Position numbers and translations under genes: made by a program. A stretch of 64,000 bases of DNA from NCBI GenBank assembly GCA_040954595.2, contig CM082595.2, positions 1,364,535-1,428,534 of the forward strand. The letters run 5' to 3'. Positions within the stretch are counted from its first letter, which is position 1. Every line of letters begins with the position of its first letter. Source of the DNA: Balanoglossus misakiensis. Its lineage: Eukaryota > Animalia > Hemichordata. A model generated the notes under the pieces. The model ran no database searches. It was given only the letters and a program-made list of their open reading frames with translations, and was not told where the DNA came from. This document shows positions 10,026-25,700 of this stretch, piece by piece.

Positions 10026-10508
10026 ATGAAGAGGAGACAGAAAACAGACAATCAAAAATATTTTGGAATTTCAAGAGATGAGGACAGAAGTCTTCCAAAA
10101 CACTGTTTGCAGTCTGACAATGTTTACAAACAAACACTGCCATTGAGAAATATCACACAAGAAGTTGTGTCCAGAGATGACCAAAGCTTTGTAGGATGTC
10201 ATAGATGTCCATCGACTAGTGGGAAAAGTTCACAGCTAACTAAGAAAAGGACAGCTAACAAAAGGTATACAGAGAAACAAACACTGAAAGATGATGACAA
10301 TAATGGAAGGTCAAGGTTCAAGGATCATGCAGACTTGTTGCCATGGAAGCAGGATGATTTAAATGATTACAAAGAGAATTTTTTGTATGACAACAATATT
10401 GTAACTATAGACCATTACATGGAGGATGAGAATCTCAAATCTATGGAATTACAAAATTGGCAGCGTGAAGACAAGAGAATTTGGAGAACAGAGAATAAAA
10501 CACACAAG
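10026..10508 (+). CDS. Probable first coding exon of the long isoform of the Sfi1-repeat gene (161 codons, low complexity)
   Basis: Lies in the 199-aa ORF 9993-10592. Kozak-like GCCAAGATG at 10026 and donor AAG|GTAAGA at 10509 (phase 0), compatible with the phase-0 acceptor at 27135 across a 16.6-kb intron. The linkage is inferred. Confidence 0.5.
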
Positions 10509-10745
10509 GTAAGAAACTTGATTAGAAATATAATGATCCCACAGTTGTCTGTTAGTGATTGCAACACAGAAAAATGTATCTTGGCAAAATGACATTGTAA
10601 CCACTAGAATCAGATTCTAGTGGTTGCATTGCCGTTTAGCCCTGTGTTCTAATGATGCCTTGGATTTGTGTGAATGCCATGAAAAGGTTTATAATGTTAT
10701 GAAGGACGTGAGAATGCTGAGATATGAATGCTGTAAAGGTAAGTC

Positions 10746-10793
10746 ACCCTTTCACCCCCATTTATAAAATGTATAGGTCCAGCCCTGCTATTG
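10746..10793. mobile_element. Partial copy of the TTAA-CCCT MITE
   Basis: ACCCTTTCACCCCCATTTATAAAATGTATAGGTCCAGCCCTGCTATTG is a near reverse complement of the right half of the 33026-33118 copy. Confidence 0.5.
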
Positions 10794-13700
10794 TAGGAGA
10801 ATAGGGTTTACCATCTTCCAATATGTTACTGCAGGAATTGTATTTTTTAAACAATGGCGAAGTAACTGGTACAAAAACTATTGTTTGCCTAGCACAAATC
10901 CATTTCCTCTGAAATAATCTCCAATACTCCCACACATCCCTCAAAGCTGGTTCTCTCTGAGTTAGATGGATTTAGGTTTATTATTATCACCTCCTACATC
11001 CATTGAAGTTTCTTTCAAAAACTGTGTTTGAATAGAAATTGGCAGTTTAAACGCCTTCAAACACAAGATTCTGCTGTTGACAACTACATCATACACCTCT
11101 GGTATGCTGTTTGTATGTGTGCATATTGCAAATTTAGCCAGAGAATTTTTATTTGAAATTAATACACCAAGGAATTTTATATTAATACTTGCTAGTCATA
11201 ACACATCATACAAAATGTTTGCTACTCAATTTGCGAAAACTTAAAATAAACTTGAAATACAACAACGTTCCAATTATGAATTCAAAGAGAAATATGTTGG
11301 TAACCATGGAGACAGAATCAGTTTAAGCCTGGCCATTTTAACGGACTTCCAGCCTTATTTCGAAACATTGCAATGGAGTCTATACCTACAGTGACATCAC
11401 ATCATGGCTCTGGTTCCAACACTGAAAGAGATATCTCTAGAGGACTTCCTGTCCTATCTAGTTCCATTCTCTTTGGCTGAACTTCAAGACGGAACAGTTC
11501 AGTGTACACAACAACTTTTCCAGCTTCAGAGTTCTAGACCAGGATACAATATACCCGTTCTACTTGTTGTTGTGGTAGGTAAATTTCCATGTCACTGTTA
11601 TTCATCATTCTTTTCATCAGAAAAGCCATTGACAGAATTGCATGAGTAATAATCATAGTACAGGATAAAAAATATTGATGTCACTGTCATGAAACTTTTT
11701 TGTGCTTGTGCTTTCTGTGCTTGGTGTTGTAAAAATGACACAGAACAGGTAATAGGTGAGAAACACAGGTGTGTAAAAACTTAATATGACAACAACGTAG
11801 GAATGTAATATACAACGTGCTGTTGGGCTTATTTCTTTTTATCAATATGACTTGATGTGCATTTCACAGTATAACCACAACAGTTTAGGCTGATATTTTT
11901 TTTCGTTGTCATAAGGTCTATCACAGGCTTGGTTGGTTGGCCAAAAAGAAAGAAGATTTGAGATCAAAGTAAAATTTGTAACCTTCCTAGGGTTCTAAGA
12001 GATTTATCACTCAATACATGTACATGTACATGGAAGAGATAACTGCCTAATCTATACTCTAGAGGGCGCACGTCACTAGCTCATGACATAAAGTATATTT
12101 CTCCTTAAGTGTTTATTAATTATTGTATAATACAATGGCGTCTGGTAACATAGAAACAAAAAATGAACAGTCTAAGAGGTAAATGCTGTCAATGTATGAT
12201 AAAATTGATTAAATTGATGATATTGATCTTTAAAATCAAATCATATTTACATATCAATAGAATCACCTTTTACATTTAGTTTGATCAAAAGCCGTGATTT
12301 AAATTAAGGCAAATGTAATATGATTACCAGGTTTCCATGGAAATGCCTAAGGTGTTAATAATTTTTAGATGTCAAAAAAAGATGGTAAGCAGTTAAACTA
12401 CTATACGATGTGATGTGGTGCGTTCTTTTGAATAAGAATATAAATTGTCCAAGTCTAACTGAGAGTGGAACAAGTGTTTCTAATCACTTTTTATATGATA
12501 TTCCGCCTGTCAACGTGTGTCCTCATTGATACTTAGAACTGTGATTTCAGATCGCTGCTTTGTATCAAACGCTTGGTCATTACTTACCTTATGTGAAATG
12601 CTGTGGTTCACTTAACTGTACATTGTTGACTTAGAGTTGTGATTGTGCTTCATAATAGTCTGAAAAGGAACTAGATGCAAAGTGTGGATTGATTTCACTT
12701 TTTCAGTCATGTTTTTAAATTGAGATGTGATTGTCATTATGACATGTCAGCTAAACATTGAGGAGTGAATAACGTGTTCCTGTTGCCATGGAAACATCAG
12801 TCTTTCACCAATAGTACAGTATATTTGTAGATAATTTCAATGATCTGATTTACATACATGATCAAGACACGTCAAATCAAGGATCTCAGCATTTATACAA
12901 TAATGCCAATGTTAATGAACTATAATATTTGCAGTAAAATTGCGATTATTTCTCTTCAACAAAACCACAAATAGCACCATATGTCTGTTATATTCTACAA
13001 TGACATTTTATATTTCCCGTTACCAAATGAAAGGCAAGTGCTAAAATGAAATTGATCATAAAACTCTTATAGCGTCAAGACTGAAAGCGACATAGTTAGT
13101 GGCAGGTCTTATGTAAACACATAGTGAACTGAAATTCAAAGGTTTAATGAATATTTTATTTTTGGCATCATTACGGGGGAAATGTTGCAGATTTCCTGTT
13201 GACGTCTGTATGCAGCTGGTCTTGGGAAGTGTCAGTATGAAACTATTAAGTGTACGCTATGCAGTAACAAGTTCCGAGTTATACCACTATTCATCGTCAC
13301 CGCCAAACATTGCAAACCGAACCACTATGTAACTATCAGTATTTCGCCATGTTTTCACTGGAAAAGACTTTCATATTGCTATCAGTGTTGACATTACGAG
13401 TGATATTACACGCATATCATTGTCAGCTGCACTCATGTGGAATTTTAGCAGTATGACTGACACTGTCAAAGAATATCATATCACAGGAGCTTGTCAGGTA
13501 GGTTGTCATTGTCATATTGCTGATTGTAATGGAATATTCATAAACATCATCATTTATAGCTAGTGTAACTGTATAGTATTTGAATATTATCATGCAAGGA
13601 CAAATTCCAACTTGTGCGCTAACCTGATGTAAAACTATTCAGATTTCCATCATACATGACGGTTGGTAGCAATACCAGTTATCAGCAACTTTATCAAAAC

Positions 13701-16700
13701 TTGCAAAGGTCACTGTTACCAGGACACCTTTGTTATAACTGTGGTATTTACTGTTATATAAATCTTGGTTACTGAGACTTGTCTGGTTGCCTGTTGGTTA
13801 CAGTACTGTATGTTTGGTCAATGGCTATATTGTCTGCCAACTACTTGAGATTGACATGGACACAACACATTGTTATCTTCACAAACTTCTGTCTGCTTTA
13901 GTGCTTCAATATTGCATTTGTGTATTTTAGTATTTTACAGTAAATAATTCAAAGTTTCCCAAAACAGTTCCAGTAATGATTAGATTATGTACTATATGAA
14001 TTCCCATGTCATCGACTGTTTCTGAGTTACATCAAAAAATGTCTTTGTAGTGATGATTGTTCTTAAATCCTCATTCAGAGTGGTTAATACAACTAATAAT
14101 AAAGATGTCTTCTCATAAATGCTTTCTTTTTAGGCTCAAATCTCAGTGTATTTTGCAAAAATTGGTCCCTTTTGTGGTGTTAAAAAGGCTTCTTTTATCA
14201 GATGAACTAGGCATTAATATTGGAGCTCCATTTCAGATTTTTAGAGTATTGTGTTTTTCATTTAGATTTAGCGACTACTGTCTTCATGACCATGCGTAAC
14301 AAGGCAGTAATAATTTAATGAAATTTATGGATATTTTTGAGTAAATTTTCATAAGCAAATAGATTTATTATCACTTAATTGCCGGTACTTGACATATGAA
14401 TGCAAATGTGTTTATTGTACTACATGTCATAAAACAGTAGGTTACCATGGTGATAGCATCACGCCTTGTCTCATGTTTGAAATCACTAGATTTGACGTGT
14501 CAACATTGTATTAAGGTCACACCCTCCACAAGGATTTTCATGCCAGGATAAGAAAACTTTCTACACAATATGCAGAAAACACTGAAGCAATTCAGGTAGT
14601 ATGTCCCTTGAAAAAGAAAGTCTAAAATTGATAACTTTTTCTGATATATTGTTGTGAAGGCAACTTTAGAATTAGATTATTCTCTTTTGAAGTAGAGAAT
14701 AGAAATTGGCCGTTCGAAATCAAAGTTATTCCACATCTTTATCACCTTGGTCATGAAAATGCACTTGTCATTGTTCAAGGCAGAAATTTGTCTATACCTG
14801 AAAGTTTGGGTGATTCATACATTGTATAGCGCCTGGTCTAACAAGAGGGAAGTGACAATTTATAGCTTGTATAGCGTTTAGGTCTTCCATTCATGTATAT
14901 ATCATTCCATGGCGTTACTGCGCTTTTTAATAGTTGCCTCACAAACGTCATAAACCCTATAAAAACCATTGACTGGAAAGGAACTTTCAAAGCATTTTAT
15001 CATGACAGTTGAGCAGCAGAAGTAAAAGAAATATTCCCGGTTTTAGTGTTCTGTGTTTGGTAGTGGAGAGACTTTGCAATGAAATATCTCCTACACTGTC
15101 CTAAATGTGTTATCAGGAAAGCAACTTTTCTTCTTATTTATGATAATTTATGAGGGAGGGAGCCCTCTTTATTATCCAGCTGGTGTAAAGTTTTCAACTG
15201 TTTACTTACCACCTTTGGGTTGCTATGACAACCTGGGATTTTATTCTGTCATGAAACTCTGAAGTGGTTGGAATTGTTCCAAGTTGGGACTGGCCTTCGT
15301 TTACTACAAAACTATTTGCTATTCTACCGTACATGGAGCAAGTACAACAGCATTAGAAAATCGAGACAAATTTTGTTCGAGTTCTTCCGATGAAAACGTT
15401 TTCCGATCGGCTGTTTGTACTCATAGACGAGACAGACACATGTAAGTTATTTTACTATATTTTACGTGATTTCTTCGGTATGAAAATACTAGAAAAGTTT
15501 GTTCTTGAGTTCGAGTTTGGAACAGCTGTATAAGACCACAGCCCACCCAGCTTGTTGGTGCATGTTTGATCATGGTTTGATAAAACTAACAAACATTGAT
15601 ACAACTGATCAACAAGTTGCTAACTTGATACAAATTTTTGTTTTCCAACTTGTTGGATAAAAGGGGGATCAAAATGTATTCATTCGTTTGTGCAAATCTC
15701 ATCAAAAACTTCTCTTTGTATTTTAATTTTTTCAATGCAAAAGATTTCTCAAGTCAAACTTTATCAGTATCAGCTTGGCAACGACCATGTACTGATACTA
15801 GTAGATTCCTCACATGGTTGATACTGTAGTATTCAGCTGGTAACAAAAAGATCAGTTCTGTTTCCATAATCTCTAACTTAATGCCTGGTGTTCTGAACAT
15901 CAACCATGAAGTAAAACAGTCTAAGATTTCTCAATATTTATGCTTGTACATTTCAATAATTCAGATGTAATTATACACAGAGGAACAAACTTGAGCAGAT
16001 CTTTACACCCTTTCATTATCATGGTGCGGTTCAGTTCTAACACCCTGTACAGTCATTGATTTACCTGAAGGTAAATAGCTGTGTGTATTACTCCAGCTGA
16101 CTTTTACCAAATTAGTGGCTTTGTTTCGTTGTTGGAAGGGCATTCTGCTCGCACCTTTGTAGAAGTTTATGGGAAAATAATGAGTAATTTGGAACCCATA
16201 GAGAGGGTCATCAGTATTTATGCCTGACAGAAGAATGTACATCAAATCTCAATAGGAGGTTAAGTGGCCAGATGAGTACTTTAATGAAATCAGCTGTGAG
16301 GTCAGCTTTTGCAAACCATGAAAAATGATGGTTTGTAGTTCATTGTCATACAAATTACATGTGTTAGACCTCCACTGGTGTGCGGTATACATAATGAAAT
16401 TGCTGTACCCAGCAGTTTCTGATCAATTAAGTTATGTAGCTATCACTAGCAGTTTACAGTCAACTGTCAAATTCATTCAGGCCACCAGCCAAATATCAGA
16501 GACAAAACACTATATTTCATACAAATACTTGCATTTGTACTTCATGTACATGTACAGCAATGTCAAAGTATCCTTGGTTTTATATTTATTAGCAGATAGC
16601 TTTGTGCATACCTGTTTATTGTTTATCAAGGTCGTTCTGTTGTTGATCAGGGTCATACGGATACCAGCCAATTATAAATTTATGTCACCTTCAATAAAAA

Positions 16701-19700
16701 CTTGGAGAACTTTTATACAGGTTACTTTTGAATTCTTTACTTTATATCCCCGAGGTTCTGTTACTCTGTTCTGGTGATTTACCTATCTCTCAATACTGTC
16801 TCCACTCCAGGCTGTATTATATGTTGGTCAGTATGTCCTTCTGATATATATCGCTGTGTGTCCCCTACAACAGTCATTGATAATGATATAGCTATACATG
16901 GCAAGGCTGTCTGTTTCACAGCAATGGTGTGGAGGCATCGCCATAAGACACACAGCCCTGCCACACAGAGCTACTGTATCAGTGATAACGTGTTGTAAGA
17001 GTGCTGTGTGTCTGTTTGGTCCTGAAAATGTCCTAAGTTTTGTTTCTCGGAACATCTGTCACTCAGCCTTGAATTGAATCACTTTCTCCTTGGGTCTGTC
17101 ACACTAAGGGTTCTATCACAGAGCCCCGTAGAAGTTCTGTCATGTTGTCTAGAGAACTCTTTCTCCAAGTAAATCGACATGGGAGATGCCGTACATATAA
17201 CTTTAAAGGACAGTAGAATGCCTTGCATTCTTTGGTCTTTGGAAACCACTTTTCACACCTTTGGCCTGAATTTTGACTCTTTGTACAAAGCATTCCACTT
17301 TTTTCACACCGCAATGTTCTGTGCCTTGATTGAATACTTTCGATGGTTGACTGTACAAGATACGGTGATAATGTGGCCTGTGTTAAGTATTTCTGGCTTT
17401 TTACAACTCCAAAGAATGGTTTATTGTGGTTGTTTGCTCCACAAAACCTAAATACCAAGCTTCAAATTGCTGTTGTAATTTTGATTCCAACAATGTGTGT
17501 AATCACACATGACCAAGATAATCTCGACGGTATCTGATAAAAAAATTTATGTCTTGGTCTTTGAGATTTACCTGTGGCAGTTCACTGTTCAGAAACTAGA
17601 ACTGTCGCCTAGGAGATGGTCATTTCGTAAAGTTGAGGTCAGTTTGAAGTGATTATAGATTATGTTACATAGTTACTTGTGAGTGAATTCATTGGTTTAA
17701 TTAGGAAAACAGGTGACTGATACACATAATGCATTGCCATAGCATGGATATATTATACCATTTGTTGTGTTCTAATGGACTGATCCCTCCCCTCCCCCTC
17801 CCACACCCAAACTCTCCCCTCCCCAACCACCCCCTGATCCTAACTCTCCCCTCCCCGACCCTCCCAGGCATTGATATACTCCACCCACCCCACCCTTCAT
17901 AGACATTGACATCACAGGTAATAAATCAGTTTCCTACCCCTGTTGTCTAATGAGTCTGATTTTACATCTGTTGCTATGGAAGCTGTCATATAGACATGTC
18001 GGCACATGACCCCAGCCAGATAATGTTACACTGTTTGACTTCTAAGTTTTCAAATACAGTCTGGACTATTGTACCACTGTTATATGTGATGTGCCTGGTT
18101 GTTGGCAATGAACATTCGATGTACCTCAAAACAGGATGGTCCAGGGTGCCGCTTGTTATCTACTGGTGCAAAACAAACCATTAAGTATCTTGGTGACCAT
18201 ATCCACCTTGGTTAGTGTTCTGATTTGAACTTTCGGTGGAATTAGCCGGCTAACATCTCTACTTCAGGTGTTTTTGTGTTTGTTGCCGATAGACTGTAAC
18301 TGTAGTTTTGTAACCTGAACTCCACAAACACAGGGCTTAGCACTGGTTATATTCTGTTCTGGTCTTCAAGTGTGATAATCATACAAAGCCTTGCCTGGTA
18401 CCGTGATTTCAAGGTTGGCATAAACTGGTAAGTTCAAATCAATCGCATGGTCGGCTAACATGTCTACTGTGAAATCTTGCCTTGTAGTATTGAAAAAGTC
18501 TTATTAGTGTGACATTAACTATGGCAAAGTCACTGGACTGGATAGTTGGCACATTATCAAACTTTAAGAAAGATCATGTGATAGATGACATATATACATT
18601 AATGTTTGAAATGTGCCACAACGCAGTCAGTGTCTGTATCTCAAAGGATGTTGTCATCATTTTGATCAGTTTCTGCTATTCCGAAATATTGGTCCAGCCA
18701 TTGGTATTTTTGCTCTGATTAAAATTGATTAATTCTCTTCTTGTCAATGTATCTTTTGAAACTTTTACTTTTCTGTCTTTCAAAAACAACAATACTCCAA
18801 ATTTTGTTGACATTGTTTATTTCATTAAAGGCCATTCAACATAAGTTGTTACCATGGGAACTTCAGTGTTGACAGTCACGTGTCTTGCACAGACCAACAG
18901 TCATGTACAAGGAACTCTTTATGATCCAAGGGGAGGCTGATCGCTGCCGTGTTTGAGTACCTGCTCTGTGTTGGCCAGTTATGTTGACTCTAGTAGAAGT
19001 AAAACTATTGACTTATCAGCAATGAAAACCCATCTTTGCTTGAGCAGCAGAGTGCGACCATTTCTTTTTGTCCAAAGAGAATTTGATCCTCCATCATTCT
19101 TTCAAACCTTTCCGTATTAACTTCTATTGGCTCAATGCTTGTACCGATAACTGTTTGTTGTGGTGTACTCCATGTGAATACAATCTTGCTTTGGTCAAAC
19201 CTGATGTTTACCAGGTTACCCAGTTGCATATATGCAGTGTCACAACCAGTGTGCCTTCTAACAAACATAAATTTTCCTAGCCTTCATGATATTTTACTTC
19301 TGCTCACAAAGTGAACTTGAACAACACAAGGGCTAGGTTCTAGTCCACAGTTGATTGTGAGGCTGATCAAATCAAAACAATCAGATTCAAGATAATGGTG
19401 AGAATCCTCAATTAAAGTGATGTACAATGTATACTACTACTAGAAGTTGTCCACTGAAAAATATTTCATTTGGAATAAATTAATGATTAAAACATGTTGA
19501 TAACAGTTTGAATTTTTACAAACTGGGTGTATTATATAACTCATCTTAATACAGGTATTGTAATCCTTGATAAAAAGGCAGTGAATTACCTCATTATTGA
19601 TTATCTATCCCAGAAGCCTTTATCCCCTGTACTAGATATTAATCTGTTTCTTTCTTAAATCTATGTATATTCTCAGACTCCTGGGAATAAAATGTGAGGC

Positions 19701-22700
19701 CTCCCCCCTTTTAGAATGGAATATTCATTTCCTTCTCTCAAATTAAGTTGATTGTTACCGGTATATCACATAGTGCCTAGTGGACTTTCGAAGCCTGTCA
19801 TTCAAATGTAATGCATAGTAGCTCCTGGTTGTAACACTGTTTTGAATCCTAAAATCTGTATACTATAGCAACCAATATACCGATAAGACTAATGACTATG
19901 ACAAACAACATCGTAACCTTGTTAATTATGTTTATTAAAATAAAGCAGGTAGCCTTTAATTTAGAAATAAGTACGTAATTAGCCTGGAGAAAAAACACAC
20001 GCAGACAGGAATTGAATGTCATCAACGTCGTCTTCATTGTCAGTCAAGCATAACATAGAACAATAAGGTTAATTTGGTGTGAAGATGTACAATAGACAAT
20101 TACACAATATTGCATCCGTGGAGACTACGAGACAGAAAGCGCCGCCCATCTATCCAGAAGTGTTTCCTACAGGGGGGGTCCATTTAAATTTTAATCATAC
20201 TTAGTGATGACTTTCATTCGTCAAGACGTGGATTACCATCACTGCACAGTAGAAAACTGTTGACAGTTTGCGTCAATAATATCAATTTGCAACAATCTAT
20301 TACTTGGAAGTTGGATAGTTGGATATTCAGCATGTCAGTACTTATTCTGTACAAATCACATCACTGCAAATGCCAGGTATGTAACATAACCATTTGATCA
20401 TGACAAAAACCACTCCTATGATCTGAATGGTTTGACAAACGTTTAGAAACTTATAATTATAATCCCAGAAGGATTTTCATATTCAAATTCTTAGAGATTT
20501 AATTTAAAGTCTGTTGTATTACACAAGATTATTGATTATCTTGATGACAAAACATGGACTGCAGTATAATTTTATTGTTGACTAAACTGTCAGTACGTAA
20601 ATGCCGCACCATTAAAGCTGTGTCGCTGTTCAGTTTTCCACAACATTCTCTGGTTTGTCTCAAAACTATGTCAAATATCAATTGTTATGTTGTTCTGTGC
20701 GTCAAGAACTTCACGTTGAAGACAGAGGTAGGTTCTGGTTGTCAGTTGCATAATAGCAATGGTCATCAACAAGTCAGTTAAATTGATTGACTGTATTCGC
20801 TCTCATGCTGTGTCAGTCATCAAGTGTGTACCACTTTGGCTAATTTCATCAGGATATAATAATATGATGTAATCTGGAATTCAAAATCAAATGGATATAG
20901 GCTGATGTGAAGGACAAATATAATCCATTACAATCCTGCATACATGTATTGTAACTCAACATCTTCGCACGTAACTGAATGTTTTGTAAATTCTTTCGTG
21001 TTGAAGATAAAACCCACACATTTACATACAAGTAGCCAATAAATGTTGTCTGTGATGTATTGTGTCAGGGTTGAGCAATTATGCAGGTAGTAAGTCTGAG
21101 CTCACAGACAGTGAGACTAACAATTTTTATGGCTTGTTGGTTTCAAATTAGATGTTGACTAAACAGTAACATGGTAGATGAAAACAAGGTTGGATTACTA
21201 GTTCAGAAAGCACTGAAAATATAATTTACATGCATTCTCGTAGGCCTTTTGATCTTTGCCAATCAACTACGATTCTGACTCATGTCTGCCAAATTGGATA
21301 GCTACAACAGAAATTGAAAAATACAGGTATGAGCAGATTATGTAACTGTTGTCATGGATACGATCTTCTTCCTCTCTCTTGACTAGAGACGCTATCAAAA
21401 TGCAGCTTGCTAACATAATTTCCAACAGGATTGAAAAGGTTATTCTCCTGCTAAATGCATCTGAAATGTGTTGTAAAAGTGGTTTTTATGATAGTGACAA
21501 TTTGATGTCCGTGTACATGTATAGGTGAATGTCTGAACTACTGTAGGAACATCGTAGCAACAGTTTGGCAGGTTGCCAAGATTGGAGGTGATTGTCAAGA
21601 TAGCAGAGTTCTATTGTGAGACTTGAACAACTCAACCCGCCAAAAAATGCCATCCTCAGATATATTGCATCTTGAATTAAAAAGAAAATCAAGCTGTTCA
21701 TCAATACGGCACAATGGAAAGGAAAGTTAATCTACACGTTTCCACGAAATCAATAAAGAGAAAGTGAACAGCATCACATAATATTCTACTGTGACAAAAA
21801 CACAAAGTAAGCAGACTTTGTAAGTAGTGATTGGTTGCCATAGAAGTCATTGTTTGGCATGGTTGTGGACCTGTATATTGGTATGGTTGTATTGGTTCTT
21901 GTCAGCTCTTCAACCAAGGGACTGAAATTCTACATGCAGTTTTACAGATTCAGTTTTCTAAATTGTACTAAAATGTACTTTATAGATGATGATTCTTCGA
22001 ACGAACTTTTTAAATCAAAGCTTGCCTTGAGGGACAAGTATAGCATCTTTTATTGAATTATTCCAGTGTTATATATCTTATAGTTTATAGCACACTTACA
22101 ATGCAGACAAAGTAACAGAGAGGGGACAATGATTATACAGCCTCACATTTCTATGTTGGTCAGGTTCCAAGTTGAGCCCTTAGATGCCAAGACTGTGCCC
22201 GCCCCACCCTCTGCCCTGTGTTTTGTAAATAACAATGAACACAAGTTTTTCTTCATGTATCGCTGGTATAATAAACACCTATGGAAACAGATCTTATCGG
22301 GCATTTTATGATTGGATAAATCTTGATGGGGTTTAACCCTAGTTTATCACATACTTATCATAATCATTTCAATAAATCGAGGGAGTCATTTTAATAAATC
22401 TAATTATATTGTACATAGACTAATATGATTAATTGAATGTTTAAATTTCATTAAAAATTTGCTTATCATATCATAGTGTACCTCTCTGTATAAAACGCAT
22501 ATAGAGCAAACTTTGTCATGTTAGTTTAAAGTTTATTGGTTGATCATAGAAACTGAAGTATTAGCCACTGATTAAAAGGGGTTGAAATTAAAACATTGAA
22601 AATATTCCTAGCACATCTGCAATTTTGTTGTGTACGCTAGGTTAATATTGTATTAAGAAAATAATACATATACTTTGCTTCCTTGTACAAGTTTCTTGTA

Positions 22701-25700
22701 GGTTTTAATAATAACCATTATTGGGGTGTTACGTATTTTTAAAAATCTTGTATTGAATTAGCAAATCTTTTGTAGTGAGATAGCTGTGGTGTGATTGTAA
22801 ATATTTGATAGTCTTTGCTATGAATGGCAGGTTTTACTTGGTCGAAGTTGTGTTTAAAAGTTACCATGTCCAGTATGTCACGACCCAGTCTAGCATAGCA
22901 GCACAGAACAGCTGTGGAAGATAGGGGAGGTGTTGGTTTTGAACTATGGAGGGCTGATAAAGTTTGTATGATTTTTTTTTACATTAGAGGGAAGACACTG
23001 GTTAAGGGTGAATCAATAGGGTCTTGTCAGGCAGCACAAAAACTTACTTAGTATTTTAAGAAATCTTTCCAGATAAGGCATCTAGGCATTGAGATAATTT
23101 TAGAAGCTTCGCTCTCCCCTCCCCATCACTTGTCCTCTGACCATGCCCTGCTGGAAGCTGACCACTCTGCATTCCAAAGCAAAGCAGACATCACCACATA
23201 ACCAGGGGCACTATTGGTTATCTAAGTATGTCTATTGATCATCAACTGTACAGTGTATTAGGTCAGGATAGTTCAACAGTTTTGGGTTTGTTGACCGTCA
23301 TTCTCAGAGAGATACGTCAAACCGCGGTTCACTCGTAACCGCGGAACCACGATCAAACTCATCTGTCAAGGGACCATTTAAACCTCATGCAGACTGACAG
23401 ATAAATTTGTGGTCGGTTTGGTTCAAGTTCATAAACTGATAAGTCAAGTCTCGTGTCAACTTTAACGAGCAGATGTTTTATGGGTGAGTACTGATTCTAC
23501 AACTTGTCACACTTTGATGGAAGTTCATTAGTAAGTGTGTGGCAGAAATCCAAGAGCAGATGTGTCTGTGTTTTAAGCACCAAGTGATGGCTCGACCTCA
23601 ACTCATATCTATAAATATCACCATACAGGAAGTGAAATCTAGACAGATCCATTACAGAGATCCGACGACGTATAACACTACAGCATTTTCTTGCTGCTTT
23701 CTGCTGACATTGTTGCACTACTTTTCGTGCTTTGGTCAAATCTTGAATATGGAAACAAGTTGCACTTGTAATATAACATATTAGTTTACCTTGATCAAAG
23801 TTGTACAATTATTGTTAGATTTATTTTAAGAACCCATCTCAAATGAAACCAACTTTACATCATGATTACAATTGAATATGTAAATCATGTAGCTGGGGTT
23901 TGTGACCGTACTCGGAACTTCCAAAAGTATTTTGATATACTTCACAAATGTGTAGAATTGAATTGGAATCTTATCCTTAAGGTATCATCATTGGAGTGAC
24001 CATCTATGGATTGGGTCATGCACGGTGACCTCAGTTGAGGTCAGTCACCTGTGTTACCATGGTGGCCATTAAGAAACTGTGTAAAAATGTTACCATGCTA
24101 CCATACACATCATTGCTAGATTAAATTATAAAGTCACAAAATAGGAGACACCTTTATCAAATGGTGCGAGTTTCTAAGTCTTTCTCAAGATCTGACAGAT
24201 ACTTATAACTTTGGCTCTCTCAACCGACCTAAGTTTCTTAGCCATGCCCTCTGTGGCAAAATGTTAAATTATAATATTTTCAACAAATTTGGTATTATTT
24301 TTTATTACTGAAAAAAAGTGTTTAGAGAGGAGGTTTTGAAAGAATATGTGATTTTTCCGCTGTGTAAGTTGACTGATTTGAGCATCTCAGGTCTTTCAAC
24401 TTTTCCCATTGAGCCATCCATGCCTGCAGAGATGATATCAGAGATTATACAAGGTTTATTTGACTTGGGAAGGGTAACAATTCAGTCGACAATTGAGACT
24501 ACCTTTGGCGCTCTAGACATTTGGCTACTGTTATCACATAAGCCAATACTTTAGAAAGTATTCATCTAGTATGTATAGTTGAACAAATAAATGCCTGGGT
24601 AGCTCTTGCTTACACACTTGGCTACTGGACAGACTTGCTGGTGTAGACCGCAAAGTGTAGCTATGGGCGACTTCTCACTTGTTTAGAGAATTCAGACCTG
24701 GTCCAGTTACTACTAAGCAGAACAAGCCATCAATCGAGAAACTGAATGAAATATCGCCGTGAATAAGATCTGAAAGACGATTGTGACAGAGTAGTAAACG
24801 CTTGGTTCATTCATAGACGCGCACACACAGCCGACGGCCCGGGCTATTTTTATGCTGATTAGCTCTAAATCCCTTGTATTGTGCGGTGTATTGTTACACG
24901 CAGTGTTTCAGTCAACTACTAGTACTACACACAAGCACAGACCTAGCATTGCTGGCTAAACACCTCCAGTCTCCTTAGTCATCAACATGCAAAGTCTAAT
25001 ATGGACAAACTTGTAAGAAAGTTTTAAAACTTCTGTGGGAAGATAGTTGCAGATAGCACCGTTGTCGTGTGTCTCTGTCGGTGTCGACAGATATTTTCAA
25101 ATGCAGTGTCACACTCTGGGTAAGTCTCAGTATTCCATTCTTGTACAGACATGCCATCACACTAACTGTAATTGCGGTAATAGAATTTCTCGATGACAAC
25201 TCATTGCAAACTCTGTTAAGTTAAAATAAGGTCAACTTCAAAATTAGTGAACTACCTTTACTTTTGTCTAAATCTAGTCAAGTCTCGCCTGAAGTTATTT
25301 TCTGGTATTTTTTCTCTAGCAAGGAAAATAATTTGGTCAGCCAAGGTCCGGTTTGTGACTATGGCTACAGAAACATGTTTCAGGTTGAAAGTTTAATATG
25401 TGAACAGCAAACGCACTCTTTGAAAAAATCTATTTGTCGGCGCCCTGAGAATTGCCAACATCTTATCTATGTTTGATTTTGTTGTCAACTTTTTGTGTGA
25501 TAAATGGGCAGTGAGAGAGTTGTCCCCATTGGCTGTCATTGTGAATTGTATAAGTTTTGTCATGTGGAAATCTTGTTGTGTGTAGTCGGTCCGTAGAGAG
25601 ATCCGATTTGCATTAATGGACAACTGGGAGTTGCACTCACTTCATTTCATTCACGCTTGGCTTGGGGAGTTCTAAAGCTCTGCTCCGACAAGGTTTTGCC

